Shown piece after piece: positions 40,870 to 50,668 of a DNA stretch of 64,000 nucleotides (the first letter of the stretch is position 1; each line of letters starts with the position of its first letter). Location: the NCBI GenBank assembly GCA_013214245.1, contig JABSQE010000011.1, forward strand, positions 220-64,219. Reading direction: 5' to 3'. The position numbers and the translations under genes were made by a program. The stretch is from Hyphomicrobiaceae bacterium (lineage in GTDB: Bacteria; Pseudomonadota; Alphaproteobacteria; Rhizobiales; Hyphomicrobiaceae). Under the pieces are notes generated by a model. It was given only the letters and a program-made list of their open reading frames with translations. It searched no databases and was not told the origin of the DNA.

Positions 40870-42936
40870 ATGAGTGTTGTCAAGAAGCATCCAGGTAAAC
40901 CGTTCCATCCTAGCATGCAGACTTCTTGTGCTGTAATAGTTTGTCCAAGTAAATTGGTTATAATTACAGTTTTTATATGTATTGTATTATTTTGTCGCGA
41001 AGTCGAGGCTTATTTTATTAAATCTGTTATGACAACACCACATATATCTGAATTAAGGTTCAAAAAACTTCGAGGTGTGATCAGTACTACAACAAAAACA
41101 TTAAACGTCGGCATGTCTAGAACATTAAAACCTACTGGTTGCGAGCCAAAGATGTGCTTGAGTACTAATGAAAGTGAGTGTCAATTGAAATTCGGCATTT
41201 CAGCTGATAAAGATTTGAGCTATGGAACTAATTACAATCTGGTTTCACTTTATGGGTCTGATGTAGCCTTGGCCCGAAAGCAACCGATATTGCGCACTGA
41301 AGCACTTATTGCGTCGATTCAATCTCCGAGAGCAAATTTGACTTTACACACCGCGCACAAGGTATATTACCAATCAGTTTATAGAAAAAGAGTTCTCACT
41401 TTTTCAACTTCACACACTGGAAAGTGTTTGCAGAATTTTCAGAGTAATAACTCGACACTAGCCCCATACTATAACAACAAATGTATTTCACTATGTTTGG
41501 GTCGAGTCAAAAGCAATCTTATTACTGATGTTGGGCGCATACAGCAGTTAACATTAAAACAACAACTCAATGCATTAAATTTCGATCAACGTAAAGAGTT
41601 AGAAACTAGTTCAAATATTAATTACATTTCACATAGAGCTAGAGCAACTGACGATCACGAAAGTTTAGCCCAACAAAAACTGGCAGGTAATTTTTCATCC
41701 GGTATAGTATTGCAGGCGTTACTGAATAAGCAGAAACACATCCTCCGGGATGGCTTGCTTTGGACCATCAGTCGTTTCCAAGGTGATAGGGCTATTGCTG
41801 TAAAAAGAACAACTAAAAGTGTACCATTTATTCCACTTACACCAGGCAGGTACTTGGTTGCGCTTGAAACATCAGTTTTTGTTGGCAGTAAGGTGATTGA
41901 GGTTAAAAAAGCCGAACGCGTCGTAGTTCCGTTTTCAATTAATGCGGCTTTAGTAACTTTTACAGCATTTATTGGAAAGCATCGTCACAACGTTGAAGGC
42001 GCAATCTTTGAGATAAAAAAAGTTGCAGAAGATTCGAGTTTAGAGCGCGATGCTAACAGGCTGATATGGTTGGGTCCTGCATCTAACTCTCCGCTCATTC
42101 TAGAACCCGGGGAGTACGAATTGATCATATCAGCTGGGTATATCAGGCAATCACAGTTTTTTAGAGCTGTTGCAGGCCAGAAGACCAGTTTGAATGTTTT
42201 GCTAGAGGGCGGTTACTTGAGTGTTAGAACCAATAAGCTCTCCCAGGATCACGCAAATAGTTCCGTTGTCGTTAGCATACAGAGTTATCATCCTGAGATG
42301 ATTTCAGGTAGCAAAGTCATAGTACGCACAGCTCAGACCAACCCGAGTTTCTTGCTCCCGATAGGAACTTATCTTGTTAATGTCGAAGGAAGTATACCTG
42401 TAAAAGAAGAACTAGTTACCATAACTTCAGGCCAAAGACTACAACATACGCCAAGCCCACATTTTATGCTATTACATATTATTTCAAAGTTTAATGGAAA
42501 CGACAAGATTATCAAAGAGCACGTGCGCTACAACATAGGGTTACGAAGGATCGGCCCTTTAGCCTCTATTATTCGCTCATCAGCGATGTCTAAATTCAAG
42601 CTTGCGCCAGGACAATATTATATTGTAGCTAAGGTGGGAGAACATAACGTTGTCATAACTAAACAGTTTGAAATAACGACTGCCTCATCCGGAAAAATTA
42701 TATTAAATGTTAATGCTGGAACAGTTTTGCTAAGTTCGGGTGCACAGGATCGAGATATTTATTGGGAAGTAAGAGACGAAGACGAGCAAACAGTATTGAT
42801 GACAACCAAGAAAGCACCGAAGCTTATATTGAAACCTGGACGTTATAGAGTGCATGCCGATATAGGAAACGAGAAAATATTTCGGCAAATTATGGTGAAA
42901 AATGGACGCCAAACCCACATCGAAATTAGTCCTTAA
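40870..42936 (+). CDS. hypothetical exported/anchored protein: Cys-containing N-terminal half plus 5 tandem 'PGxY' beta-sandwich-like modules of about 70 aa
   Basis: 688-aa ORF with hydrophobic N-terminus LVIITVFICIVLFC. Modules are centred on LTPGRYLVAL, LEPGEYELII, LPIGTYLVNV, LAPGQYYIVA and LKPGRYRVHA, each followed by a ...V.V..G/A... strand pattern. Confidence 0.6.
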   Translation: MSVVKKHPGKPFHPSMQTSCAVIVCPSKLVIITVFICIVLFCREVEAYFIKSVMTTPHISELRFKKLRGVISTTTKTLNVGMSRTLKPTGCEPKMCLSTNESECQLKFGISADKDLSYGTNYNLVSLYGSDVALARKQPILRTEALIASIQSPRANLTLHTAHKVYYQSVYRKRVLTFSTSHTGKCLQNFQSNNSTLAPYYNNKCISLCLGRVKSNLITDVGRIQQLTLKQQLNALNFDQRKELETSSNINYISHRARATDDHESLAQQKLAGNFSSGIVLQALLNKQKHILRDGLLWTISRFQGDRAIAVKRTTKSVPFIPLTPGRYLVALETSVFVGSKVIEVKKAERVVVPFSINAALVTFTAFIGKHRHNVEGAIFEIKKVAEDSSLERDANRLIWLGPASNSPLILEPGEYELIISAGYIRQSQFFRAVAGQKTSLNVLLEGGYLSVRTNKLSQDHANSSVVVSIQSYHPEMISGSKVIVRTAQTNPSFLLPIGTYLVNVEGSIPVKEELVTITSGQRLQHTPSPHFMLLHIISKFNGNDKIIKEHVRYNIGLRRIGPLASIIRSSAMSKFKLAPGQYYIVAKVGEHNVVITKQFEITTASSGKIILNVNAGTVLLSSGAQDRDIYWEVRDEDEQTVLMTTKKAPKLILKPGRYRVHADIGNEKIFRQIMVKNGRQTHIEISP

Positions 42937-43022
42937 TATTTTAATATCAGACGTGTAAACTTTCATGTTAAATAAACATAGAATTTTGTTCTTCAACGAA
43001 AATATTCTCGGATCATTATTTA

Positions 43023-43997
43023 ATGTTGAGAATTAATAACTTTTTTAGAAGTCTTGCATCGATAACCGCAGGAAGTGTGTACGTGTTTATGATGCATCCT
43101 TTGTTATCAATGGCGCAGACTAATTCATCCTTAGCGTCATCATTAGACGATACAGTAGCTAAGCAAGCTGTTGCTGTTCCTCTTATCGATGCCGATGCTT
43201 TTCCAGATGACTCAGACAGTAGCCAGACTATTATGGGTAGTGCTCGTCTGCAACTAGTAGCTTTGTTAACGAAGCACGGTCCGAGAATTGGTAGTGGTAT
43301 CATCTGGCGAATTTTTAAGCCTGATAAGCTAGGAGCCTCTCCAAATTTGGTTAAACAGCTAAGCGTTGCAGCTCCTGACCTTAAGATTTCGCCAGGTACT
43401 TACATTATCAATGCTGCTTTCGGATTGGCGTATCTAACACAGACTGTTAATGTAAAGACTTATGATCACGTTAAAAAAAAATTTGTGATTAACGCAGGGG
43501 GTGTTCGTGTTGATATTAAGCCTCGATCTAAAAACCTCCAAGGCTTAGTAAATTCTAAGTTTGACCTTCTGGATGGTGAGCTTGATCAATTTGGAAATTT
43601 TCAGCCGCTTTTAAGCGATATGAGGCCGGGTTCTGTCACAAGACTTAACGCTGGCATTTATCGGATTGTATCTCGGTTAGGCGATGTGAATTCTGTGGTT
43701 TCGTCTGAGGTGACCGTTGAGGCTGGAAGACTCACTGAAGCTACCGTTTTTCACGAGGTTGCGAAAGTAACGTTTAAGCTGACAAAAAGCTCGGGTGGGG
43801 ACGCATTGGCTGGTGCTCACTGGACACTTGAGGCTAGATCTGGAGAAGTCCTAATAAAAACAGCGGGAGCTTTACCAACCCATATCTTGGCACCAGGAAG
43901 CTATACTATTAAAGCGCATTTGGCAGATATACCTTACAAACGGATTTTCACAGTAGAATCTGGTGATAACATTGAAGTTGAAGTAACCATTGAATGA
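43023..43997 (+). CDS. hypothetical secreted protein, 3 tandem 'PGxY' modules (paralogous to the C-terminal half of the upstream gene)
   Basis: 324 aa with signal-like N-terminus ...VFMMHPLLSMA-QT. Modules are centred on ISPGTYIINA, LNAGIYRIVS and LAPGSYTIKA. It lies 86 bp downstream of the 688-aa gene on the same strand. Confidence 0.65.
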   Translation: MLRINNFFRSLASITAGSVYVFMMHPLLSMAQTNSSLASSLDDTVAKQAVAVPLIDADAFPDDSDSSQTIMGSARLQLVALLTKHGPRIGSGIIWRIFKPDKLGASPNLVKQLSVAAPDLKISPGTYIINAAFGLAYLTQTVNVKTYDHVKKKFVINAGGVRVDIKPRSKNLQGLVNSKFDLLDGELDQFGNFQPLLSDMRPGSVTRLNAGIYRIVSRLGDVNSVVSSEVTVEAGRLTEATVFHEVAKVTFKLTKSSGGDALAGAHWTLEARSGEVLIKTAGALPTHILAPGSYTIKAHLADIPYKRIFTVESGDNIEVEVTIE

Positions 43998-44463
43998 AAC
44001 TTATGTCTGTATATGGCAAGCAAAATAATAAATTTCGATGTTTACGAAAAAGAAACCTGTTCTATGAGGTTGTGTAGATTGTGCTTAGATAAAACTTTTA
44101 ACCGTTTTAACTTAGAAAGCAAGCTACTCAAGCCTCTTATATTTAACATGTAATAGTGCGCTCGATTTATTCTGCATCTATGTTTTCGGGATAAATAATA
44201 GAAAACCTTAGCTAACAGTCTTGTAATCCCTCTTTGTATTTTGGCTTTTCTGTACCTACAACCGATATGAGATAGTAATTTCTAATAACCGAAATGAACT
44301 GGGCCTAAATACCCTATAATTAAAGCTTTGAAACTAGATCTTTACTATCTATCAAGTAATTTTTGCTGAATGATATAGCCTATAATACAACTTTACTCTA
44401 GAATAAAATTATTACATCATAAGACCCGAGTATATTATGTTAAAATAAAGCGAAATAGTACCG

Positions 44464-45837
44464 ATGCCAAAGCATCTTGAATTTGTGAGTAATGACCCAG
44501 CTTTATTAGCAAATGAAAGTAGGTTGCGACTACAAACTATCGTTCGATTGCGATGGTTTGCTATTCTAGGGCAGTTATTTACTGTCAGTACAGTGTATTT
44601 TGGCTTAAGGTTTGACTTACCAATCGGCTTCTGCCTTTTGACAATTGCAGCTTCAGCTTGGCTTAACATTTTCCTAGGTGTCAACTATACACTTCGCCAT
44701 CGCCTAAGTGCTCGTTTTGCATCCTTTCTTTTGGCATACGACATTATGCAATTAGCCATATTATTATTTCTTACTGGCGGTATTAATAATCCATTTACTT
44801 TGCTTATTATCGCGCCGATTACCGTCTCGGCAGCAACGCTTCCAGGGCGTAATACAATTATTCTGGGAGCAACGGCTTTAGCATTGACTTCTTTCTTATT
44901 TTTCTTTCATCTGCCCCTACCATGGAGTGAGGGAGAAAATCCGCTATTTTCAAACGTTTACCTTTTTGGTTTTTTGGTAGCTATTATTGCTTGTAAGACT
45001 TTTCTTGCAGTTTACGCGTGGCGCTTATCTCACGAGGCTAGAAAAATGTCTGCGGCATTAACAGCAACTGAGTTGGTTTTAGCTCGCGAGCAGCAATTGC
45101 ACGCTCTTGACGGGTTGGCAGCAGCTGCGGCTCATGAATTGGGAACACCACTTGGAACAATTGTACTTGTCGCTAAGGAGCTAGGTAAAACATTGCCGGG
45201 TGATAGTTCGTTATCAGAGGATCTAGATCTTATGCGAAGTCAAGCAGAACGGTGTCGTGATATTTTAAAAAAATTAACTCATCAACCTAGCGGTCAAGAC
45301 CCCATGCATTTGCATGTGACACTTAGTCAGATTATTAATGAAGCTGCTGGTCCACATCGCAATAACGAAATTCGTATAACTTATCAGCTTGCTCCAAATG
45401 AATATGCCGTTAATAGGTCTGAGCCACATGGTGAGCGAAATCCAGGCCTCATTTATGGCTTGGGTAATCTTATTGAAAATGCAGTCAGCTTTGCTCATAA
45501 CGAGGTTATTATTCGAGCTAATTGGGGTGGTGGTAAAGTTGTTATTGAGATCATCGATGATGGACATGGTTTTTCGCCGGATGTAATTGATCATATCGGC
45601 GAGCCCTACGTTACAACAAGATCTTCTAATAGAGGTAATTCTACTCAAACAGGCTTGGGCTTGGGCTTGTTTATAGCAAAAACTCTCTTAGAGCGCACGG
45701 GTGCTGTTCTCGAATTTGACAATCGTTCCTTGCCTCATCACGGTGCGGTTATCAAAATGACGTGGCCACGCGGGCTATTTGAAGCAAAGCCTGTGCTTAA
45801 TGCGATTTCAAGCGCTTCAGAAAGTAAAGACTGTTAA
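44464..45837 (+). CDS. regB: redox-sensing histidine kinase, RegB/PrrB/ActS family
   Basis: 457 aa with about six N-terminal TM segments. Contains GGINNPF (the GGxxNPF quinone-site motif, aa 105-111), H-box AAAAHELGTPLG, ERCRDIL (the conserved redox Cys position), and N/G boxes GLGNLIENA and GLGLGLF. Confidence 0.9.
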   Translation: MPKHLEFVSNDPALLANESRLRLQTIVRLRWFAILGQLFTVSTVYFGLRFDLPIGFCLLTIAASAWLNIFLGVNYTLRHRLSARFASFLLAYDIMQLAILLFLTGGINNPFTLLIIAPITVSAATLPGRNTIILGATALALTSFLFFFHLPLPWSEGENPLFSNVYLFGFLVAIIACKTFLAVYAWRLSHEARKMSAALTATELVLAREQQLHALDGLAAAAAHELGTPLGTIVLVAKELGKTLPGDSSLSEDLDLMRSQAERCRDILKKLTHQPSGQDPMHLHVTLSQIINEAAGPHRNNEIRITYQLAPNEYAVNRSEPHGERNPGLIYGLGNLIENAVSFAHNEVIIRANWGGGKVVIEIIDDGHGFSPDVIDHIGEPYVTTRSSNRGNSTQTGLGLGLFIAKTLLERTGAVLEFDNRSLPHHGAVIKMTWPRGLFEAKPVLNAISSASESKDC

Positions 45838-45918
45838 CATTTTGTTCGAAACACAACAGTGATAATTTGGGTTTTAAAGTAGATGAGACTACCACAAAAA
45901 TTTTAACGGAGATAAACT

Positions 45919-46482
45919 GTGGAAGACGATTATTCATTCAGCCAGGAAGAGTTACCTGAAGACGTTTCACTGGTAATCGTTGACGATGATGCACCTTTTC
46001 TTCAACGCCTTACACGAGCTATGGAGCAACGCGGGTTTGAGGTTCGATCAGCCTCATCGATTAACGAGAGCATGTCTTTTATAAGAGAGACCCCCCCCGC
46101 ATTCGCTGTTGTCGATATGCGCCTGGAGGATGGTAACGGTCTTGATGTTATTGCCGAACTATCTCGTGTTCGGCCTGATGCGCGCGCGATTGTTCTTACA
46201 GGTTATGGCAACATCGCAACAGCAGTGTCGGCAGTGAAACTCGGTGCTATAGATTATCTTGCGAAACCAGCCGATGCCGACGAAGTGACTGATGCACTCT
46301 TGGCACCGCCTAACGCTATGGCTCCACCTCCAGAAAATCCTATGTCAGCTGATCGCGTTCGCTGGGAGCACATTCAGAGGGTTTATGAGCTTTGTAATCG
46401 TAACGTATCGGAAACGGCAAGGCGTCTAAATATGCACCGTAGGACTTTGCAGAGAATACTTGCTAAACGTGCTCCACGCTGA
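45919..46482 (+). CDS. regA: redox response regulator, RegA/PrrA/ActR family
   Basis: 187 aa with a GTG start. Receiver domain LVIVDDD...AVVDMRLEDGNGLDVI, and the invariant C-terminal HTH NVSETARRLNMHRRTLQRILAKRAPR. Confidence 0.9.
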   Translation: MEDDYSFSQEELPEDVSLVIVDDDAPFLQRLTRAMEQRGFEVRSASSINESMSFIRETPPAFAVVDMRLEDGNGLDVIAELSRVRPDARAIVLTGYGNIATAVSAVKLGAIDYLAKPADADEVTDALLAPPNAMAPPPENPMSADRVRWEHIQRVYELCNRNVSETARRLNMHRRTLQRILAKRAPR

Positions 46483-46919
46483 TGACAGTTCATTATTCAT
46501 GCTTGGATCTACTATACATTTGGCTTAGTTTTTGTTGTTTAGTATTTCCACTTTAGGCTTGCGCTATAATGTAAATTGCGTTTTTTTATTTCATTTATTA
46601 ATGAAGTGTAACACATAGCATTATGGTTATTTGCTACTTGAATTTTTATTTAACTGCGTTAAAATGGTAGCTAACATAATTGTTTTTCAAACATGGCAAT
46701 TGCGTTAAGGTTGCTTCTTTCGTAGGTTTTGTTTGTAAATTGTCCGCTCGTCACAAGTTATAATCATATTTCTAATTAGCTTTGATGCTCTTTGAATGCA
46801 GATAAATTAATCGCAACAATTTAATTATTCTATATTATGAAGTAATATATGAAATATGTATAATGTTTGCATAATTAGATTAGCACAGTTTATTATGGAT
46901 ACAAGCTAGGGGTGAGATT

Positions 46920-47348
46920 GTGACGACAGAAGGTTTTATGAATTACAGGTCAAGTCTTGAGCCTGCTTCGCTGGCTAAAGATACAATATCGCTCACTATA
47001 CAAATTAAAAAGTGGCTAGAAAAAGATAAAGCTTTCGATATTGTTATTATTAGTCTGAAGGAGAAATCTGCAATATGTGACTACATGATAATTGCCTCTG
47101 CAAGGTCAACTAGACATGTAAATTCTGTTTCAAATGATCTTCGTTTGAAAGTAAAAAAACTATTAAGTAAAGATATCCGTGTAGAAGGACATAAGGCTTG
47201 CGACTGGGTTATCATTGATGCTGGCGATATAGTAATTAATATATTTCGTCCTGAGGTGCGTGAATTTTATAATCTTGAGAGAATGTGGCAGGAAGATCAT
47301 GACCCAGAAGGTCAATCTTCTGGTCAGTATAATGACATGAACAAATGA
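46920..47348 (+). CDS. rsfS: ribosome silencing factor RsfS (iojap-like)
   Basis: 142 aa; the start is uncertain (GTG at 46920 or ATG at 46938). ...LEKDKAFDIVIISLKEKSAICDYMIIASARSTRHVNSVSNDL...WVIIDAGDIVINIFRPEVREFYNLERMW. Confidence 0.85.
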   Translation: MTTEGFMNYRSSLEPASLAKDTISLTIQIKKWLEKDKAFDIVIISLKEKSAICDYMIIASARSTRHVNSVSNDLRLKVKKLLSKDIRVEGHKACDWVIIDAGDIVINIFRPEVREFYNLERMWQEDHDPEGQSSGQYNDMNK

Positions 47349-47389
47349 CGCGTCTTATGATTTAGATTATATTTCTAGAAATCTATAAT

Positions 47390-47869
47390 ATGTTTCTTAA
47401 AATTATTTGTGTTGGTCGCTTAAAAAATGATTTAGAACGTAAAATTTTCAAGCGATATGAAAAACTTATTACTTACATTGCCCCTAAAGTTGGTTTTAGT
47501 TCAATAAAGCTTACTGAACTATCTGAGTCAAGAAGTAAAAAAACTATAGTTCGTAAAACAGAAGAGGCGCAGCTAATACTAAAAAAATGCCATCGAAACG
47601 CGCATTTGGTGTGTCTAGATCAACATGGTTTATCAATGAATAGCGTGCAATTTGCCGAATGGATTGGTGAACTAAGACATGAGAGTGCCCACGAGATTTG
47701 TTTTTTGATCGGTGGCCCAGACGGTCATGGTGATCTTGTTAAAGAAGCAACTAAAACCAACCTAGCCCTTAGTCCTATGACTCTTTCACATGGCCTTGCT
47801 CGTGTTGTTCTTAGTGAACAGTTATACCGCGCCTGCACTATTTTGGCGAAACACCCTTACCATCGTTGA
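47390..47869 (+). CDS. rlmH: 23S rRNA (pseudouridine1915-N3)-methyltransferase
   Basis: 159 aa SPOUT fold. ...ICFLIGGPDGHGDLVKEATKTNLALSPMTLSHGLARVVLSEQLYRA. Confidence 0.9.
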   Translation: MFLKIICVGRLKNDLERKIFKRYEKLITYIAPKVGFSSIKLTELSESRSKKTIVRKTEEAQLILKKCHRNAHLVCLDQHGLSMNSVQFAEWIGELRHESAHEICFLIGGPDGHGDLVKEATKTNLALSPMTLSHGLARVVLSEQLYRACTILAKHPYHR

Positions 47870-48006
47870 TAAATAGCAAGCATTAATGCAAATTTTACTG
47901 TTGTACTTATATAAATACTAATTCTTTTCTAGAAAAGCGATAGATTTTTAAAAAGGTGAAGGTTTTCTAACTTCGTATCAAAATTATTTCGTAACTGGAA
48001 ATCTCC

Positions 48007-48615
48007 ATGTATATAAGATTAACACAAGTGCTTTTTCAATTATTGTTAATGTTGGTTTGGACAGTTTTATTTATATCTACTTCTAAATCAATAGGTTATT
48101 TAGAAACCAATACTTCTAAGCCAAGCTACGAGTTTATAGATAGTTTGCAGAATGTAGATAAAAAAAACGCATACCTTGTAAATTTTTCTAAGCGCATAGA
48201 GACTGGAAAAATAGTCGTTAGCTTTTCCGATAGACGTTTGTATTATGTTTTTAGTCGTGGACATGCAATTAGCTATCCGATTTCTGCTCCACGCAAGGAT
48301 AGTCGTTGGCATGGCATCTTGAGAATCTCTCGTAAACGTGTCAATCCACCTTGGACGCCAACATCTGAAATGCGGGCTGAAAATCCGAGATTGCCAGATT
48401 TTGTTTCTGGTGGACATCCGCGTAATCCACTCGGAAATCGAGCTTTGTATCTCGGCTCCAGCCTTTATCGAATCCACGGTACAGACTCCCCGTCAAGCAT
48501 AGGTCGATCCATTTCTAAGGGTTGCATTCGAATGCACAACAGGCATATTGCTGATCTGTACAATCGCGTCCATGTCGGTTCGCAAGTTATAGTGACATGG
48601 AAAAGTTATAAATAA
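48007..48615 (+). CDS. L,D-transpeptidase (YkuD domain)
   Basis: 202 aa with an N-terminal signal or anchor. ...ISAPRKDSRWHGI...PPWTPT...NPLGNRALYLGSSLYRIHGTDSPSSIGRSISKGCIRMHNRHIADLY carries the catalytic H...SxGC(I/V)R motif. Confidence 0.85.
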   Translation: MYIRLTQVLFQLLLMLVWTVLFISTSKSIGYLETNTSKPSYEFIDSLQNVDKKNAYLVNFSKRIETGKIVVSFSDRRLYYVFSRGHAISYPISAPRKDSRWHGILRISRKRVNPPWTPTSEMRAENPRLPDFVSGGHPRNPLGNRALYLGSSLYRIHGTDSPSSIGRSISKGCIRMHNRHIADLYNRVHVGSQVIVTWKSYK

Positions 48616-48687
48616 TTTTTGTAATTTTCAATTATATCGTCTCAAAAGCGGTTTTAAAACTTATTTAGAGCCTAGATACCTTATAGC

Positions 48688-49356
48688 CTAAGAGGTTTTA
48701 TTCATAAGCATGCCGCCTCGCTTCATTCTAATTATCGTTGAGGAAAGAACGGATTGCTTTCCTGTCAAAAATGTCCAAACTGGCGGTTGCTTCGCCATCA
48801 AAACCTGCGATTTGAATTCTGGTATGTAATAACGTGCCATTAATTTAGCAGTTTGGCCTGCTAGAGATTGTAGATGCCAGCCAGGCCTACCAACAACTGC
48901 GATTGGTACTTTACGAACTATACCTTCCCAATCATGCCACATATGAAAAGTAGCTAGATTGTCTGCCCCCATAAGCCACACAAACTTAACAGCAGGATAG
49001 CGCTGTTTCAGGAAGGATATAGTCACCGTTGAATAAGGAGTGGATAAATTACCTTCAAAAGATGTAGCCTTTATTTTTGGATGTGAAGCTAATGTCCTGC
49101 AAAGGTCTACACGATTTTTAAATAATTCTAGTTCATGGTGGGATTTGAGTGGATTACCAGGACTAACTATCCACCAGACAGCATCCAATCCTAGTCGGCG
49201 ATAAACGGTATTGCTAATTAATATATGTGCAGCATGCGGTGGGTTGAAAGATCCTCCTAAAAGTCCAATACGTTGGCCCGCAAAAGCTAATGGTGGTTTT
49301 GCCTTGAGTGTTCCAAACTTAGTTGAATAAGATTTGTACAAGATATTGCGGGTCAT
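48688..49356 (-). CDS. nadD: nicotinate-nucleotide adenylyltransferase
   Basis: 222 aa. IGLLGGSFNPPHAAHILI (GxFxPxHxxH) and ...WLMGADNLATFHMW.... Directly downstream of proA. Confidence 0.9.
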   Translation of the reverse strand: MTRNILYKSYSTKFGTLKAKPPLAFAGQRIGLLGGSFNPPHAAHILISNTVYRRLGLDAVWWIVSPGNPLKSHHELELFKNRVDLCRTLASHPKIKATSFEGNLSTPYSTVTISFLKQRYPAVKFVWLMGADNLATFHMWHDWEGIVRKVPIAVVGRPGWHLQSLAGQTAKLMARYYIPEFKSQVLMAKQPPVWTFLTGKQSVLSSTIIRMKRGGMLMNKTS

Positions 49357-49381
49357 TGATTTTAACTTTATCTAGCTATTA

Positions 49382-50668
49382 CTATTCTAATCGGATCTGA
49401 CCTGAACCACGAACGACATATTTAAAACTTGTCAATTGTTCAACACCAACTGGCCCGCGAGCATGCATCTTACCTGTTGCAATTCCAATTTCTGCACCCA
49501 TTCCGAATTCACCACCATCTGCAAACTGCGTAGAGGCGTTGTGTAATACGATTGCAGAATCGACTTTTTTGAGAAATAGTTCGGCTGTTTTGTAGCACTC
49601 AGTAAGAATGCAATCGGTGTGTCGCGAACCGTATTGAGCGATGTGCATTATTGCCTCGTTAACACCATTCACGGTTTTAACCGAAATGATTTTATCTAAG
49701 TACTCCGTTCCCCAATCGTCAAGATTGGCATGCTTTACACGATCGTCAATGGCGAGCACGGTCTCATCACCACGCACTTCGCATCCTGAATCTATCAAAG
49801 TCTTAATTATAACTGAGCGGCAATTGTATGGTGTCTCTTTATCAATAAGTAATGTTTCGGCGGCCCCACAAATTCCGGTGCGGCGCATTTTAGAATTTAT
49901 TACTACAGGTAATGCACTCTCGATGTCGGCTTCGCGATCCCAATAGATATGGCATATGCCTTGAAGGTGTGCGAATACTGGTATTCGAGCTTCTTTTTGT
50001 ACACGGCTCACAAGATTCTTGCCACCCCGTGGTATTATTACATCGATTGCACCATTTAATCCACGTAACATTTCTCCAACTGCAGAGCGATCTGTTGTTG
50101 GCACAAGTTGAATGCTGTGATCTGGTAATCCTGATATCTTTAAACCTAATGCGAGACATCTTTGTATAGCTCGGCAGGACCAAACGCTGGCAGAGCCACA
50201 ACGTAAAATGCAGGCATTTCCTGACTTCAAGCAAAGTCCGCCAGCATCCGACGTGACGTTAGGGCGGCTTTCATATATGATGCCAATAGTACCAATAGGT
50301 GTGCGTACACGTTCAAATTTAAGCTGATTGGGACGTTCCCATTTATCGCAAGTGATGCCTATTGGATCATCGAGCTTTGCTATTGTTACTAAACCAGAGG
50401 CGATACTCTCAATTCTTTTTTTGTCTAATTTTAGCCGGTCAATAAAAGAAGCTGACAAACCTTTTTTGTGAGCTGTGTCTAAGTCGAGTTTATTTGCTTC
50501 AATGATCGTATCTGATGAATCAAGTAGAATTTCTGCCATAGAAAGAAGAGCGGTGTTTTTTTGTTTGCTAGAGGCAGTAGCCAAAATCTCGGCAGCGATT
50601 CTAGCGTTCTCTCCAATAGAGTTCATGACACTTTTAGTTTTGCCAGAAAGTTGTTCAGAATTATTCAT
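49382..50668 (-). CDS. proA: glutamate-5-semialdehyde dehydrogenase
   Basis: 428 aa. ...IGIIYESRPNVTSDA..., ...IPRGG..LV..., NASTQFADGGEFGMGAEIGIATGKMHARGPVG. Its ATG overlaps the proB stop (ATGA at 50665-50668). Confidence 0.95.
   Translation of the reverse strand: MNNSEQLSGKTKSVMNSIGENARIAAEILATASSKQKNTALLSMAEILLDSSDTIIEANKLDLDTAHKKGLSASFIDRLKLDKKRIESIASGLVTIAKLDDPIGITCDKWERPNQLKFERVRTPIGTIGIIYESRPNVTSDAGGLCLKSGNACILRCGSASVWSCRAIQRCLALGLKISGLPDHSIQLVPTTDRSAVGEMLRGLNGAIDVIIPRGGKNLVSRVQKEARIPVFAHLQGICHIYWDREADIESALPVVINSKMRRTGICGAAETLLIDKETPYNCRSVIIKTLIDSGCEVRGDETVLAIDDRVKHANLDDWGTEYLDKIISVKTVNGVNEAIMHIAQYGSRHTDCILTECYKTAELFLKKVDSAIVLHNASTQFADGGEFGMGAEIGIATGKMHARGPVGVEQLTSFKYVVRGSGQIRLE

Noticed and set aside
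40286-44463. A possible genomic island integrated at tRNA-Cys that carries the two PGxY-module genes.
   Set aside because: I found no direct repeat of the tRNA 3' end (GGTTCGATTCCGGGCGTGGCCTCCA) downstream by eye. There is no integrase or mobility gene, and the composition looks like the rest of the window.
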